Assembly: GCA_963674825.1 (NCBI GenBank)
Contig: OY771587.1
Location: 2,176,001 to 2,240,000, forward strand
From: Candidatus Cloacimonadales bacterium
GTDB taxonomy: Bacteria > Cloacimonadota > Cloacimonadia > Cloacimonadales > JAIOQZ01
Length of the DNA: 64,000 bases
Direction: 5' to 3'
Part shown: piece after piece, positions 9,930 through 20,442 of the stretch
How positions within the stretch are numbered: the stretch's first letter is position 1
Layout: each line of letters starts with the position of its first letter
Made by a program: the position numbers and the translations under genes
The notes under the pieces: generated by a model
The model's input: only the letters and a program-made list of their open reading frames with translations
The model's database searches: none
What the model was told of the DNA's origin: nothing

Positions 9930-11496
9930 AAAGCTTTTCCAGTTCGTCAAACTCGAACATCATGGTTGTGTCAGTGTAATTTATCATATTGATATCACCC
10001 TGATTACGGTATTTTTGCAGAATACCTTCGATGCGGTGGACGGCATTTTCAATGCGCTGAAAGTATTTGGCCTTTTGTATATCTTCCAGATTGAGGCGGC
10101 TTTTCAACAGCTCCAAATTGCCATGAATGATCATTAGCGGCTGATTCAACTCGTGGTTAGCCGTTACGGCCATGGCCATGATGGAGCTCTTGCGTTCCAG
10201 GATACGAATGGCGTCCTGTGACTGCTTCAGTTTGTCGTACGCCTGTTGCAGTTCGAGGTTCATCTTCTCCAGATCTTCAGTCCGTGCGCGATAGAATTCG
10301 GCCTCCTGGACTTTCTTCTCCATGTCGTAACGCACCTGCATGTCGGCAAGGCTCGACGCGAGGTCTTCTGAGAACTTTTTCTCCTGGAATTCTTGGATTT
10401 TCATCAGGATTTCGGCTTGCTTCTTATAGTCCTTCTGGATCTTGTAGAGACTTGAAAAGCTTTTATATACAATGATGTAGAATTCATTCTGGTCGATATC
10501 CCTTGCCAACGCGAGCGCTTTATTGAGCCATCCGGTTGCTTCCTCGACTCTATCGGTGACCATGGCTAACGAGCCCATCGCATCATATCCGCGTAACAAC
10601 CATTCGCGGTAGTCTTTTTGCTTTGCGAGATCGATCGCTTTCAAGATATCGATTTCTGAATTTGCGTAGTCCTGGACGTCGTGATACAACAATCCTCGAT
10701 TGAGGTAAGCCACGGTCAGTTGGTTGCCACGAGTTGGGATGGTTTTCAGGGTTTCGATGCTCTCGTTGATCAGTCTCATGGACTCTTTGAAATCATCGAA
10801 AGACTTGTATACCGTGCTGAGATTGATCTTGATACCGGCAGCAGCGCCCTGATCGTTCAACTCCTCGGAAATTTCGAGTGCGCGTAGGCCATATTCCTTT
10901 GTCTTATGGTAGTCTTTCATGCCCATGTATGCCAGTTGGATGTTCCAACAGGCATTTCGTATCGTATGAGCATCGTCGATTTCTTCGCCTAATGCGAGTT
11001 GTTGAAAATACAATGACAGAGCTTGATTGAGATTCCCGATTCTACCCTGGCAGTTTGCAAGATTGTTCAGCAGGGATGCGATGAGTTCTTTATCTTCGAG
11101 ACGATTCGCTGATTCGAGCCCCTTCTGGAGGACTTCGATTTCATCGGTAAAATATTGCGTGCGGCAATATATCCAGCTAAGCGCCATGGCCGATTTTGCA
11201 ATCAGCTCATCGTCCTGTTCCGCCTCGGCAATCTTCATCGACTGTATGTGCAGGTTCAGCATCTTCTGCAAGTCTTGCTGATGCACATAGTAAAGTCTCC
11301 CGAGCTGCGGGATCAATTCTCGCTGCTCTGCGGTTAGGTCGGATTCAATCGCGAGTTCCCAGGCTTCCTCGAAGAGTTCGATAGCTGCTACAGGATTCTC
11401 TTCTGCTTGTAATATACCGCCGTCGATCAATTGACGAACTCGAGAATCGGAATTGTTCCCGGCTTCATGGTTGTTTTCCATGTTTCTCCCGTGCAT
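9928..11496 (-). CDS. TPR-repeat protein with coiled coil and C-terminal HisKA (DHp) domain, no HATPase domain
   Basis: Multiple TPR-like helix pairs (e.g. ASLLNNLANCQGRIGNLNQALSLY); H-box AVTANHELNQPL; protein ends about 75 aa later. Start may be ATG at 11481. Confidence 0.8.
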   Translation of the reverse strand: MHGRNMENNHEAGNNSDSRVRQLIDGGILQAEENPVAAIELFEEAWELAIESDLTAEQRELIPQLGRLYYVHQQDLQKMLNLHIQSMKIAEAEQDDELIAKSAMALSWIYCRTQYFTDEIEVLQKGLESANRLEDKELIASLLNNLANCQGRIGNLNQALSLYFQQLALGEEIDDAHTIRNACWNIQLAYMGMKDYHKTKEYGLRALEISEELNDQGAAAGIKINLSTVYKSFDDFKESMRLINESIETLKTIPTRGNQLTVAYLNRGLLYHDVQDYANSEIDILKAIDLAKQKDYREWLLRGYDAMGSLAMVTDRVEEATGWLNKALALARDIDQNEFYIIVYKSFSSLYKIQKDYKKQAEILMKIQEFQEKKFSEDLASSLADMQVRYDMEKKVQEAEFYRARTEDLEKMNLELQQAYDKLKQSQDAIRILERKSSIMAMAVTANHELNQPLMIIHGNLELLKSRLNLEDIQKAKYFQRIENAVHRIEGILQKYRNQGDINMINYTDTTMMFEFDELEKL

Positions 11497-11689
11497 TGGA
11501 TTTACTCGAAGCTGCCCACATTGAGGTTTTGTACCTCTGCAAAAAATTCACAAACAATAATGTAATCGTAAAAACAAGCTTGTCCAGAGATTCCACAGCA
11601 AGGCATTAAAAAAATGTCGGGAAAAATGCATTGACATATGAACCACTTTGGCGTTTAGCGCTTCTCTATCAGACAATACTGGAGGAATT

Positions 11690-12931
11690 ATGGCGGAACT
11701 CGAATTCGGGCGCATCTCAAGCGCCGAAGCAATGGAACTGGAAGAACGCTATGGCGCTCACAACTACCATCCACTGCCCGTTGTCATCGCAAAGGGCGAA
11801 GGTGCTTGCGTGTGGGATCCGGAAGGAAATAAATACTATGACTTCCTTTCGGCTTATTCCGCGGTCAACCAGGGCCACTGTCATCCGAAGATTATCGACG
11901 CTCTCGTTGAACAGGCTAAAGTGCTGACCCTGACATCCCGTGCTTTCTTCAACAATCGTCTCGGCGAATACGAAAAATTCGTGACCGAGTTTTTCGGCTT
12001 TGATATGGTACTTCCCATGAACACCGGCGTGGAAGCGGTTGAAACCGCGATGAAGCTCAGCCGCAAATGGGGCTATGTCAAGAAGGGTATTCCTGAGAAC
12101 AAGGCAAAGATCATCTTCTGCGAAGAGAACTTCCACGGTAGAACTCTCGCGGTCATCTCGGCCTCTACAGACCCGGACGCTTACGGCGGATTCGGACCCT
12201 ACATGCCGGGAATCGTGAAGATACCTTATAACAATCCTGAAGCGCTCGAGAATGTCCTGAAAGAGATCGGTGACGAAGTCTGCGCATTCATCGTGGAACC
12301 TATCCAGGGTGAAGCTGGCGTTAACGTTCCGGACGAAGGATATCTCAAGAAATGCTACAACATCTGTAAAGCCTACAACGTCCTTTTCGTTTCAGACGAA
12401 GTACAGACTGGTATCGCACGTACCGGTAAGCTCCTCGCGAGCGACTGGGAAGAAGTAAAGCCCGACATTCTTGTGCTGGGTAAGGCTATCTCCGGTGGTG
12501 TTCTTCCTGTTTCGGCCGTACTGGCAAACAAGGACATCATGCTGGTCATTAAGCCGGGTGAGCATGGCTCTACCTACGGCGGATTCCCGCTGGCATGCGT
12601 TGTGGCAAAAGCTGCGCTGGAAGTGGTTCGTGACGAAAAGCTCACCGAAAGAGCACAGGAATTGGGCGAATATCTTCGCGCTGAACTGCGTAAGATCGAC
12701 AACCCGATGCTCAAGGTAGTCCGCGGTAAGGGTCTGCTGAATGCGATCATCGTGGAACCGAAAGATGGCGTGGAAGCTTGGGACGTCTGCCTCAAGCTCA
12801 AAGAAAAAGGCCTGCTCTGCAAGCCGACCCACCGTCACATCATCCGTCTCGCACCGCCGTTAGTTATCTCCAAAGAGCAGCTCGACGAATGCGTGCAGAT
12901 TATCAAGGGCGTCTTTGACGAACTGAGTTAA
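11690..12931 (+). CDS. rocD: Ornithine--oxo-acid aminotransferase
   Basis: [54 protein letters not shown] (PLP lysine); GGAGG RBS before ATG 11690. Confidence 0.95.
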   Translation: MAELEFGRISSAEAMELEERYGAHNYHPLPVVIAKGEGACVWDPEGNKYYDFLSAYSAVNQGHCHPKIIDALVEQAKVLTLTSRAFFNNRLGEYEKFVTEFFGFDMVLPMNTGVEAVETAMKLSRKWGYVKKGIPENKAKIIFCEENFHGRTLAVISASTDPDAYGGFGPYMPGIVKIPYNNPEALENVLKEIGDEVCAFIVEPIQGEAGVNVPDEGYLKKCYNICKAYNVLFVSDEVQTGIARTGKLLASDWEEVKPDILVLGKAISGGVLPVSAVLANKDIMLVIKPGEHGSTYGGFPLACVVAKAALEVVRDEKLTERAQELGEYLRAELRKIDNPMLKVVRGKGLLNAIIVEPKDGVEAWDVCLKLKEKGLLCKPTHRHIIRLAPPLVISKEQLDECVQIIKGVFDELS

Positions 12932-12954
12932 ATAATACGAATTAGGCTACTCAT

Positions 12955-12986
12955 AGCTCCTGTTGCTAACGCAGCGGGAGCTTTTT
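12955..12986 (+). terminator. Rho-independent terminator of rocD
   Basis: AGCTCCTGTTGC/GCAGCGGGAGCT stem plus T-run. Confidence 0.75.
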
Positions 12987-13001
12987 CACTTATTGAAAGC
13001 T

Positions 13002-14774
13002 TCATCTCACCAGCAGAAGCTTTTGGGCTTGCGTTCTGCCGGCGTATTTGGCCATGCAGAAGTAAACGCCAGAAGCTACGGGCTGGTTTCTATCGTCCGT
13101 ACCGTTCCAGGTAATTGGCTGGTTTCGTTGTGCATCGAAGGTGTCGTTATATAATGCGCGAACGCGTTGTCCCTTAACGTTATAGATTACCAATTCCACG
13201 TTACCGGGATTCGCGATGGAAAGGCTGATTGATGAGCCTGGCCTGTATGGGTTCATCATTGAAATGGTTATGCCATGATCGGGATTGGTGATCTCCAGCG
13301 GAGCATCCCAAGGATTCTGATTCTCGTAGCAGCCGATATCAATCCGGTCGTTCACGATGCGATCGAACCCTGCCAGATCAAGCGGCGTCGATTCATAATG
13401 ATCGATGTTTGGTGTTCCGCTGTCGATGGCGATTGATCCCGCAATAATGTTGTATGGATATTCGCTGCTGGAATCGAACAGCGGGTCGCCGACGATGATA
13501 TTCTCATGCTCGATGTCATCGGGTACGATAGCTGTTCCGCCGACACCGTTGATGCCATCCTGAAGAAGGCAGTAATAGAAGCTGGGCTTGCCTGTGGTTT
13601 CGTTTTCCTGATAGTAAAAGCAATCGTCAGACGCAGTATTTCCCCAGATCAGACTGTTGTAGAAATAAGAGGTAGTTCGTTCGGAGTAATAAACACCTCC
13701 CAGAAGGGCTTCGTTATCTGCAAAGGTACAACTGAAGAACGAAATTGTATTGGTCGCCTCACCGAAGAAAACACCACCGTAGCTGGCTTCATTGCCGGCG
13801 AAAAGACAGTTTACGATACTGTGATTGCTATTGATATAATGGATATAGACACAGCCGCCCTTTCCAGCGCTGTTCTGGAGGAATTCACAGGATTCGATGC
13901 TGTACGAACCCCATAAAACCTGAATACAGCCGCCTTGGTAGCCATAATTGTCTTCAAATCGGCAACCTGAGAAATCTGTTTCACAGAAATCCAGGCTGAC
14001 GGCTCCACCGTTTAAATCGGAGCTATTGCCGATGAAATCGCAGTTATCAAATTGAAGGACGCAATTCAGTGCCAACACTCCTCCCCCCGCACCTGGTGCA
14101 ATGTTCGACTGGAGTTGGCAATTGCTGATCGTTACGAGATCCCAGCACTCGCTGAGGAGTACTCCGGCACCTTCGAGCGCATCGTTGTTGGCGATACGGC
14201 AGTTATCCAGGCTCAGCGATGAGAGCTCAACGTAGATCGCTCCGCCGTCCAGTTCGGTTTCATTGCCGGTGAATACGCAGTTTGTAATCTCGCAATCGCT
14301 GAGGAGCACGCTGAGCCCTCCTCCGCAATATGCGTTATTACCTGAGAAGCGGCAGTTATCGAGACTAAGATAGCTCGTGTCGCGCGCGAGGATAGCTCCG
14401 CCGATATAATAGTAAGGATCGTTGAAACCATTGACGTTCTCGAATACGCAATAGGAGAAAGTTCCTGATGCGCCTATCATCCGAATGCCGTTCCAGCCAT
14501 CCGCCGATTGTGATACAAACCGGATCGAGTCCTGCGGTTCTCCGGTGGCTGTAATGAATCCTTCGGACGTGAAGGACGTGTTTTCATTGAAGATTACGTA
14601 CGTTCCGGGCTCAATGGTAAGATGAGCGCCGCGATCGAGATTGATATTGCCAACGACGAAAACGGTATCTGCCTGCCAGACGTTGTTATTGCCGAGTGGT
14701 CCGCTAACTTCGATACTTTCCGAAAACAACATGACGGTAATTGCAATCAGGATTATGGTTATTATCTGTTTCAT
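13002..14774 (-). CDS. Secreted right-handed parallel beta-helix protein (Pmp-like GGAI/FxxN repeats) with FlgD-Ig/T9SS-like tail
   Basis: Repeated NC.F.GN.A..GG motifs; SIAIDSG...DLAG..RI...IDIGCYE; YNVKGQRV...SGVYF...KLLLVR. Confidence 0.8.
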   Translation of the reverse strand: MKQIITIILIAITVMLFSESIEVSGPLGNNNVWQADTVFVVGNINLDRGAHLTIEPGTYVIFNENTSFTSEGFITATGEPQDSIRFVSQSADGWNGIRMIGASGTFSYCVFENVNGFNDPYYYIGGAILARDTSYLSLDNCRFSGNNAYCGGGLSVLLSDCEITNCVFTGNETELDGGAIYVELSSLSLDNCRIANNDALEGAGVLLSECWDLVTISNCQLQSNIAPGAGGGVLALNCVLQFDNCDFIGNSSDLNGGAVSLDFCETDFSGCRFEDNYGYQGGCIQVLWGSYSIESCEFLQNSAGKGGCVYIHYINSNHSIVNCLFAGNEASYGGVFFGEATNTISFFSCTFADNEALLGGVYYSERTTSYFYNSLIWGNTASDDCFYYQENETTGKPSFYYCLLQDGINGVGGTAIVPDDIEHENIIVGDPLFDSSSEYPYNIIAGSIAIDSGTPNIDHYESTPLDLAGFDRIVNDRIDIGCYENQNPWDAPLEITNPDHGITISMMNPYRPGSSISLSIANPGNVELVIYNVKGQRVRALYNDTFDAQRNQPITWNGTDDRNQPVASGVYFCMAKYAGRTQAQKLLLVR

Positions 14775-16741
14775 TTTACGTACACCGCCTTCATGAGATT
14801 CTGCTGGTTCTTGCCGTCAATTGCCTTGATCAGGTAAACTCCGCTTGCCATGTGGCTCATATCGTAAATCCAATGATCTGTATTAAGGTGATCTTCTTTC
14901 ACGATGCGTTGTCCACGGATGTTGTATATCCCTACGCTTTCAATCGAAATATCTCGGTTGTTAATCTTCACATGCAGGTTTGAACCGGACAGATAGCTGT
15001 TGATCGCAGAGGTGACTGGTTGATCAAGTTCGTTGTTGGATGCGTATTCGAATTCGAGTGTACTATACGTATGAGGATGAAACCTGGGGATGCTCTGGTG
15101 ATCGCTCAGCAGTTGCGTCTCGAAATCGTCGATAATTGTTGAGCTTCCATTATAGAACGTATACCGGATATGGTCAGCTTCCTGAACAATCTGCGTGACA
15201 TATACCGAATCGACAGCACGCATACGATCGAACATGTGTTCAGTGGGCACCACCCAAAGTCCTTTATTCTGCTGGAAATCGTCAATCATTTCCAGACATG
15301 CTTCAACATCGTCTCGAACGATCCAGCGGTTGTTTGCTTCATCGTGGTAAAGAAAACCTTCCCGTATGCTGTTGTCACCGATGAAGAAATGGGTATATGG
15401 CTGCATGAAGCCGTTCACATCGAGCAGATAGCTGAGATTCGAGTAGCTCACGTTGTGGAAGAAATCGAATATTGGCCATCGCTTATAAAGCCAGAATTCG
15501 CAACGCAGCCGCTCATAGTACCATATTGGGCGTTCTGTTTCGATCGCGTAAAGTCTATGAGGAAGCTGCTTGGGATCTTCATAACCGTTGATCTGCGGAT
15601 CATAGTTACTATTACCCACCCAGGCATAATCGATGTTTGCATCGCGAAGAATATCCATGACATAGAATTCGGATTCGGGATCCCACCCTTCTCGACAGAT
15701 TGTTTCGGGATTAAGTGCCCAGGAATGATCGATCCACATGCGGATATCATACTGTGCAAGCTCGTTGTGAAGTCCTTCTTCGAGGGCCTGCATATCATCG
15801 GTTTCCGGGCTGAACGTATGGAGGCCTATCGTGCTTCCGGATTCCTTGATATCCATCCAGAGATCGCCGATGGTGTCGTAATCGCAACCGAATATGGTAT
15901 GGCAGAGCGTGATATTATTCGGGATTAGCCCCCTGGTACCATAAATATCATCCGTTTCGTCGGAAGACCCCCAAAACATTGCCCTGGTGAAGCTGCGATA
16001 TTGTGAATCAGCGTCGTTCGTGATCGCGAGCGCGGCTTTCTTTCCTTCAGGATAAGGATTGAGGTAGGGCATCAATGGCTTCGACTCTGTAATGATGAAC
16101 TGGTAATCGAGCGTTTCGCCTGCCTGCATTGGACGCCAGCCTTTTCGGTGCCCCCAATAGGTTGTAAAGTTTGCCCAATGATGGTACGAATGATAGAAAT
16201 AGAGCGCATCCTCGTAGTACATTTCGATTCCGGGTGTGTCATCGATGTTTGATGCGATGATGCCGAGATGTCCGTCTGAAAACTGGAAATCGATATTCCG
16301 CTGCATATAAGGCAGGATTTCACGATTCTGGGAGGCGTCGTCGTACATGATTGCTTTCGCGCCATCCAGAGAAGTGTAGTTTTGATCGAATATCGGCTTC
16401 AGTCCGAGGTTCCACATGTCCAGGTCTGCCAGAGCAGTAACATGTACCTGCACTTTGTGCCAGTCATTCATGAGATATCCGTCCATATCCACCTCGATTG
16501 TGTATTCATAACCGGCAGATACATAGAATATCCTGACAATGTTCCCGTCCTGTTCCCATCCATTCAGAACGAACTGTTCGTAGTAATAGTGAGTGGGATC
16601 GATATTTCCCTTCAGAATGGGTGTAAGGCTGAATGAGACGGCTTCAGTACGAAAAGTGTTATTGAAAGAGTTATACTCCAGAGAGAAAATATGCCCAAGA
16701 CAACAAATTAATATCATTAACCAGATTATATTCTTTTTCAT
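14771..16741 (-). CDS. Secreted protein with possible NodB/polysaccharide-deacetylase-like domain and T9SS-like tail
   Basis: Signal peptide; AALAITNDAD, TIGLHT, WIDH, YTHF motifs; YNIRGQRI...SGVYLI tail; ATGA overlap with the next gene. Confidence 0.6.
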   Translation of the reverse strand: MKKNIIWLMILICCLGHIFSLEYNSFNNTFRTEAVSFSLTPILKGNIDPTHYYYEQFVLNGWEQDGNIVRIFYVSAGYEYTIEVDMDGYLMNDWHKVQVHVTALADLDMWNLGLKPIFDQNYTSLDGAKAIMYDDASQNREILPYMQRNIDFQFSDGHLGIIASNIDDTPGIEMYYEDALYFYHSYHHWANFTTYWGHRKGWRPMQAGETLDYQFIITESKPLMPYLNPYPEGKKAALAITNDADSQYRSFTRAMFWGSSDETDDIYGTRGLIPNNITLCHTIFGCDYDTIGDLWMDIKESGSTIGLHTFSPETDDMQALEEGLHNELAQYDIRMWIDHSWALNPETICREGWDPESEFYVMDILRDANIDYAWVGNSNYDPQINGYEDPKQLPHRLYAIETERPIWYYERLRCEFWLYKRWPIFDFFHNVSYSNLSYLLDVNGFMQPYTHFFIGDNSIREGFLYHDEANNRWIVRDDVEACLEMIDDFQQNKGLWVVPTEHMFDRMRAVDSVYVTQIVQEADHIRYTFYNGSSTIIDDFETQLLSDHQSIPRFHPHTYSTLEFEYASNNELDQPVTSAINSYLSGSNLHVKINNRDISIESVGIYNIRGQRIVKEDHLNTDHWIYDMSHMASGVYLIKAIDGKNQQNLMKAVYVK

Positions 16742-17013
16742 GCCCACCTATCCTCCGAACAAAAAATTAGTAATCCATAAATCGTCTGTCAAGAACAATC
16801 TGAGACATTTTTTGCCTGTAGAAAGGAATAATTTGACATTAGGATTCATTTCCGTGAAATTTTCATAGAGAGAAAATGGAATCATGCAATTGCAAATGCC
16901 CGGAAACTCAATCTGGCGTATAAAATGTGGTGACGGAATTGCCTGCCCAGGCTCATGAAATCGATTTTACATACAGGTATGATTACTGGAATCACGAATT
17001 CCGGAGGAACTGG

Positions 17014-19398
17014 ATGAAATTGAGGCCTAAGCTTACTTTTACGTATATTCTAATCGTACTGTTTTCCATTTCGGTCATGGTTGTTCTCGGAACGGCTATC
17101 ATCGACCAGATCATGCATCAGATGATGCAGGAAACCCTTAAGCTACGCTTAACGCAGGTGATGGACCGGCTGCAAGATTACCATGCCATCCTGGAAGAGA
17201 CCGGTCTGAGCGAGATGGAGGGATTTCGCCAGCAGGCTGAAAATGAGGCAATCTACGGACTAAGCAACTATCGCTTCGGAGAGACCGGCATGCTACATAT
17301 CGTCAATATCGATCTCGATGTGGTTGTACCTCAGGACTTCAAGGCAAGCAAGAACTTCGATCCGAATTTCTTTCGGCGATTGATCTCGGAGAAATCAGGG
17401 CTTGTGGAGAGTCATGGACATCTGGGAACCGATCGCTTTACCATGTACGATACGTTTGAGCCATGGCACTGGCTGGTGATGATTTCTATCGAACGCAGCG
17501 AAATGTACCAGCACAAATATACGTACCTTTATCGCGTGATGCTAATCGCATTCCTGCTTCTTGTAATGACTTATTTCATTGCACGAACACTTTCTCGCAG
17601 GATCACCAGGCGAATTTACTACTTGCTTGGGTCAGTAAACGAGGTGGCGAAGGGGAATCTGGATGTCACGATCGAATCTGCGCCATGCGAGGATGAAATC
17701 TGTACCTTGCAGACAGGTATCGCTCAGATGCTTGATCAGATTACTCAACGGACGAAAGATCGCGAAAAAGCCGAGGATGCGCTGAAAGAATCGGAACGTC
17801 GACTATCTGATATCATCAATTTCCTTCCCGACCCCACGTTCGTTATTGACCTCGATCACCGCGTTATCTCCTGGAATCGCGCTATGGAAGAAATCAGCGG
17901 TATCCCGGCTGAGGATATGCTTGGGCTCTCACATTACGAATATGCACTCCCATTCTATAAAGAGAAGCGCCCAATTCTGATCGATTTGGTTCTGCGTCCT
18001 CGCGAAGATGTACACAAACAGTACAAGAATGCTTTCTGGCAGGGCAATACTCTGGTCGCCGAGACGGAAACCTACCTGAAAGGAAGCGATCAGGCAACCT
18101 ATATGATCGGCGCAGCCTGTGCGCTATATGACTCTAACGGCAGACTCGTTGGCGCTATTGAATCGATCAAGGATATCTCGCAGCGTAAGCAGATCGAAGA
18201 AGAAAAAGAGAAGCTTTCTCTCCAGCTCCAACGCTCACAAAAGATGGAGGCGATCGGTACGCTGGCCGGTGGTCTGGCCCATGATTTTAATAATGTGTTG
18301 GGCGGCATTAAAGGAACCGTGTCTTTACTGAAATACAACATGGAGAATGGCGAAAACACACCCGAGAAGTTCGAAGAACTCCTGAAACTGATCGATCATG
18401 CATCCGACCGGGCTGTGGATATGGTGGAACAGCTTTTGATGCTTTCGAAGAGGCAGAAGCTGTCGCTTGTGCCGGTCGATCTGAATAAAGCGCTGGAAAA
18501 CATCATCAAGATCTGTCACAACACGTTCGATAAATCGATTGATATCGATGTGCAGTATTACCGTAAACCGGCCATGACCATGGCGGATCCCACCCAGATC
18601 GAGCAAGTACTGCTGAACCTCGCGGTCAATGCGTCGCATGCGATGACACTCATGCGCGATAGGAAAGACGCCTATGGCGGTTCGTTCTATGTCAGTATCG
18701 GGAAGCAATATCTGGATAAGTACTTCACCTATTCTCACCCAAGCTGCAAGGAAGGCGAGTACTGGATCATCCGTGTGAAAGATACCGGTATCGGCATGGA
18801 TTCCTATACGCTCGCGAAGATCTTCGATCCCTTCTTCACGACCAAAGATCAGCAATATGGAACCGGTCTCGGTATGGCTATGGTGTACAATATTGTCTCG
18901 AACCATAAGGGATTTGTGGACGTCTATTCGGAAGTCGGTGTGGGGTCAACGTTCCTGATCTATTTGCCGGTACACATCGAGGAATCGGAAACCATCAAAA
19001 TACCCACCAAAAAGGCCGTGCTGTCCAGCGGTACCGAGACGGTCATGGTGGTCGATGACGAAGAGATTATGCGCAGTATCGCGCAGAGTATGTTGAAAGA
19101 GACGGGTTACACGGTAGTCTTGGCTGCCAGCGGCATAGAAGCGCTCGAAATTTACAGAGAGAAGCAAGACGAGATCGATATCATTGTTCTGGATATGGCG
19201 ATGCCAAAGATGTCCGGGAAGGAAACCTACATCGAGCTGAAGAAGATTAATCCAGATGTCAAAGTACTTCTCGCGTCGGGTTTCCGGCAGGATCAGCGAG
19301 TACAGGAAGCGCTGGATATGGGAATCAACGGTTTCCTGCAAAAGCCGTATGTCATCAGCGACCTTACCAACATGATCCGTGGTATCTTAGAGAGCTGA
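17014..19398 (+). CDS. Hybrid sensor histidine kinase (Cache-HAMP-PAS-HisKA-HATPase-REC)
   Basis: Two TMs; LAGGLAHDFNN H-box, EQVLLNLAVNA, DTGIGM, DPFFTTK, GTGLG; receiver VVDDE...LDMAMP...KP; GGAGG before ATG 17014. Confidence 0.93.
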   Translation: MKLRPKLTFTYILIVLFSISVMVVLGTAIIDQIMHQMMQETLKLRLTQVMDRLQDYHAILEETGLSEMEGFRQQAENEAIYGLSNYRFGETGMLHIVNIDLDVVVPQDFKASKNFDPNFFRRLISEKSGLVESHGHLGTDRFTMYDTFEPWHWLVMISIERSEMYQHKYTYLYRVMLIAFLLLVMTYFIARTLSRRITRRIYYLLGSVNEVAKGNLDVTIESAPCEDEICTLQTGIAQMLDQITQRTKDREKAEDALKESERRLSDIINFLPDPTFVIDLDHRVISWNRAMEEISGIPAEDMLGLSHYEYALPFYKEKRPILIDLVLRPREDVHKQYKNAFWQGNTLVAETETYLKGSDQATYMIGAACALYDSNGRLVGAIESIKDISQRKQIEEEKEKLSLQLQRSQKMEAIGTLAGGLAHDFNNVLGGIKGTVSLLKYNMENGENTPEKFEELLKLIDHASDRAVDMVEQLLMLSKRQKLSLVPVDLNKALENIIKICHNTFDKSIDIDVQYYRKPAMTMADPTQIEQVLLNLAVNASHAMTLMRDRKDAYGGSFYVSIGKQYLDKYFTYSHPSCKEGEYWIIRVKDTGIGMDSYTLAKIFDPFFTTKDQQYGTGLGMAMVYNIVSNHKGFVDVYSEVGVGSTFLIYLPVHIEESETIKIPTKKAVLSSGTETVMVVDDEEIMRSIAQSMLKETGYTVVLAASGIEALEIYREKQDEIDIIVLDMAMPKMSGKETYIELKKINPDVKVLLASGFRQDQRVQEALDMGINGFLQKPYVISDLTNMIRGILES

Positions 19399-20274
19399 TC
19401 GAACACGCTGAATCAGGATTCCGCCAACGATAAACAGCAGGCCGACAATCGTCGAGAAGTGGATCGCCTCGCCAAGCACGAGATTGATTACAATCAAGGA
19501 GATGAAGGGCGTGACATAAATCAGGTTCGCGATCCGCGCGGTGTGCTTTGCTGTGCTGAGCGCTTTGAGCCATACCACGAATGTCAGGCCCATCTCGAAA
19601 AGCCCGATATAGACATCTCCCGCAAGACCTTGCCAGCCCGGTAACGTCAATCCTCCGACGATCAGATGGTAGATGAGGATGAAGATCGTTCCGAATACGA
19701 AATTGAGGAAGAGCTTCAGCGTCTCGTCGCGATGGTCACGCAGATTGAAAATCCAGAACAGCGCCCATAGCAGCGAAGATCCCACCGCCAGCGACACGCC
19801 CGTGACATTACTGAAGTGCATCGAAGCAAGATTACCTTTCACCGCGATGAAAAGCACGCCGAAGAAGCTCAGTACCACGCCCACCAGGTCCATCGCCGAA
19901 ACTTTCTTCTTCAGCAGCGGAATGGAAAGCAGCACCATCACGACGCCCCATGTGTAATTCAAAACCTGGGCTTCCTGTGCCTGAAGAAGATTGTAGGCCT
20001 TGAAAAGAACGAGATAGTATGCGAATGGATTGAGCAGCCCGAGTGTCATGGAACGCATAATATCGCCGCGCGATTGAGATCTCAAGAGGTGCAGCTTTTT
20101 CTGAGCGATCAGGATAACGAACAGGACGATCGTCGATGTCAGCGACGAATAGAAGAGCATTACCGACGGTGCCTGGTAGTTCAGCGAAAGCTTGAACGCC
20201 GATGAAACCGTTGACCAGAGTGCGATAGCGACCAGGCCGTAGAAATATGCGTTGTTCCGCCACGAACCTTTCAT
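19387..20274 (-). CDS. DMT/EamA family transporter
   Basis: About 10 hydrophobic helices in two repeats; AQVLNYTW, VLGE; GGAGAAAGA before ATG 20274. Confidence 0.88.
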   Translation of the reverse strand: MKGSWRNNAYFYGLVAIALWSTVSSAFKLSLNYQAPSVMLFYSSLTSTIVLFVILIAQKKLHLLRSQSRGDIMRSMTLGLLNPFAYYLVLFKAYNLLQAQEAQVLNYTWGVVMVLLSIPLLKKKVSAMDLVGVVLSFFGVLFIAVKGNLASMHFSNVTGVSLAVGSSLLWALFWIFNLRDHRDETLKLFLNFVFGTIFILIYHLIVGGLTLPGWQGLAGDVYIGLFEMGLTFVVWLKALSTAKHTARIANLIYVTPFISLIVINLVLGEAIHFSTIVGLLFIVGGILIQRVRSAL

Positions 20275-20442
20275 TCTTTCTCCGTGTTCTCGATACTGTG
20301 AATCGATAGCGCGTAGCCGTCCGGTTCTGTAAAGAGAAAACTGAGGATACCCGGTCTTTTTCGATGCCGCAATATTCGGTATAATTAAACTTGACGCATA
20401 GTAAGAATTGGATAGATCCTCGAACATCGTCAGGAGGGTACC

